From positions 160,001-224,000 of IMG/VR virus record IMGVR_UViG_3300045988_137032: DNA of 64,000 bases. The stretch is one strand, 5' to 3'. The stretch comes from a virus. This document shows, one piece after another, positions 63,962 through 64,000 of the stretch. The notes beneath the pieces were generated by a model. It saw nothing but the letters and a program-made list of their open reading frames with translations, made no database searches and was not told where the DNA came from. Each line of letters starts with the position of its first letter. The stretch's first letter is position 1. Made by a program: the position numbers and the translations under genes.

Positions 63962-64000
63962 CTTCTTCTCGGAAAGACCACCCTTATACTTATTCTTGCT

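Noticed and set aside
1-64000. Stop-codon reassignment (TAG or TGA recoding), as seen in some large gut phages
   Set aside because: Long uninterrupted ORFs with recognisable motifs cover nearly the whole window under the standard code. No region shows fragmented ORFs or a suppressor tRNA.
1-64000. CRISPR array, integrase or transposase, prophage boundary
   Set aside because: The only exact direct repeat is the two-copy 42-nt leader. No recombinase or transposase motifs were seen. Gene content is uniformly phage-like with no host flank.

Overview
The window reads as one contiguous piece of a large, virulent-looking, contractile-tailed dsDNA phage, possibly jumbo-class. The host appears to be low-GC and Gram-positive-like: RBSs are strong AGGAGG-type, one protein has a Sec-type signal peptide, and the endolysin is M15 plus PG_binding_1. 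Nearly everything is coding under the standard genetic code, in short operons on alternating strands separated by very clean, often bidirectional, hairpin terminators. Recognisable structural and lysis genes: large terminase, portal, tail sheath and tube, T4 gp21-like prohead protease, fibre-like proteins, endolysin. Recognisable DNA-metabolism genes: a family-B DNA polymerase that stops right after motif A, both type II topoisomerase subunits, NAD-dependent ligase, RecA/UvsX-like recombinase, Dda/RecD-like and SF2 helicases, an SbcC/Rad50-like ATPase and a MazG-like protein. Three separate fragments of a bacterial-type multisubunit RNA polymerase are present (beta N-terminal, beta C-terminal, beta-prime bridge-helix piece), i.e. 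phiKZ/AR9-style split RNAP genes. I saw no tRNA, rRNA, CRISPR array, integrase or transposase. The most unusual signals are listed here. (1) A 17-18 nt AT-only quasi-palindrome in six copies plus three core-only copies, all intergenic and consistently oriented. (2) The fragmentation pattern of the RNAP and PolB genes. (3) A duplicated 42-nt hairpin-containing leader in front of two small genes. (4) The SbcC-like gene, isolated between two long structured non-coding regions. (5) Several paralogue pairs and an internally triplicated protein of unknown function. About half of the ORFs have no function I can assign from sequence alone. I cannot name a single clearly novel system with confidence.
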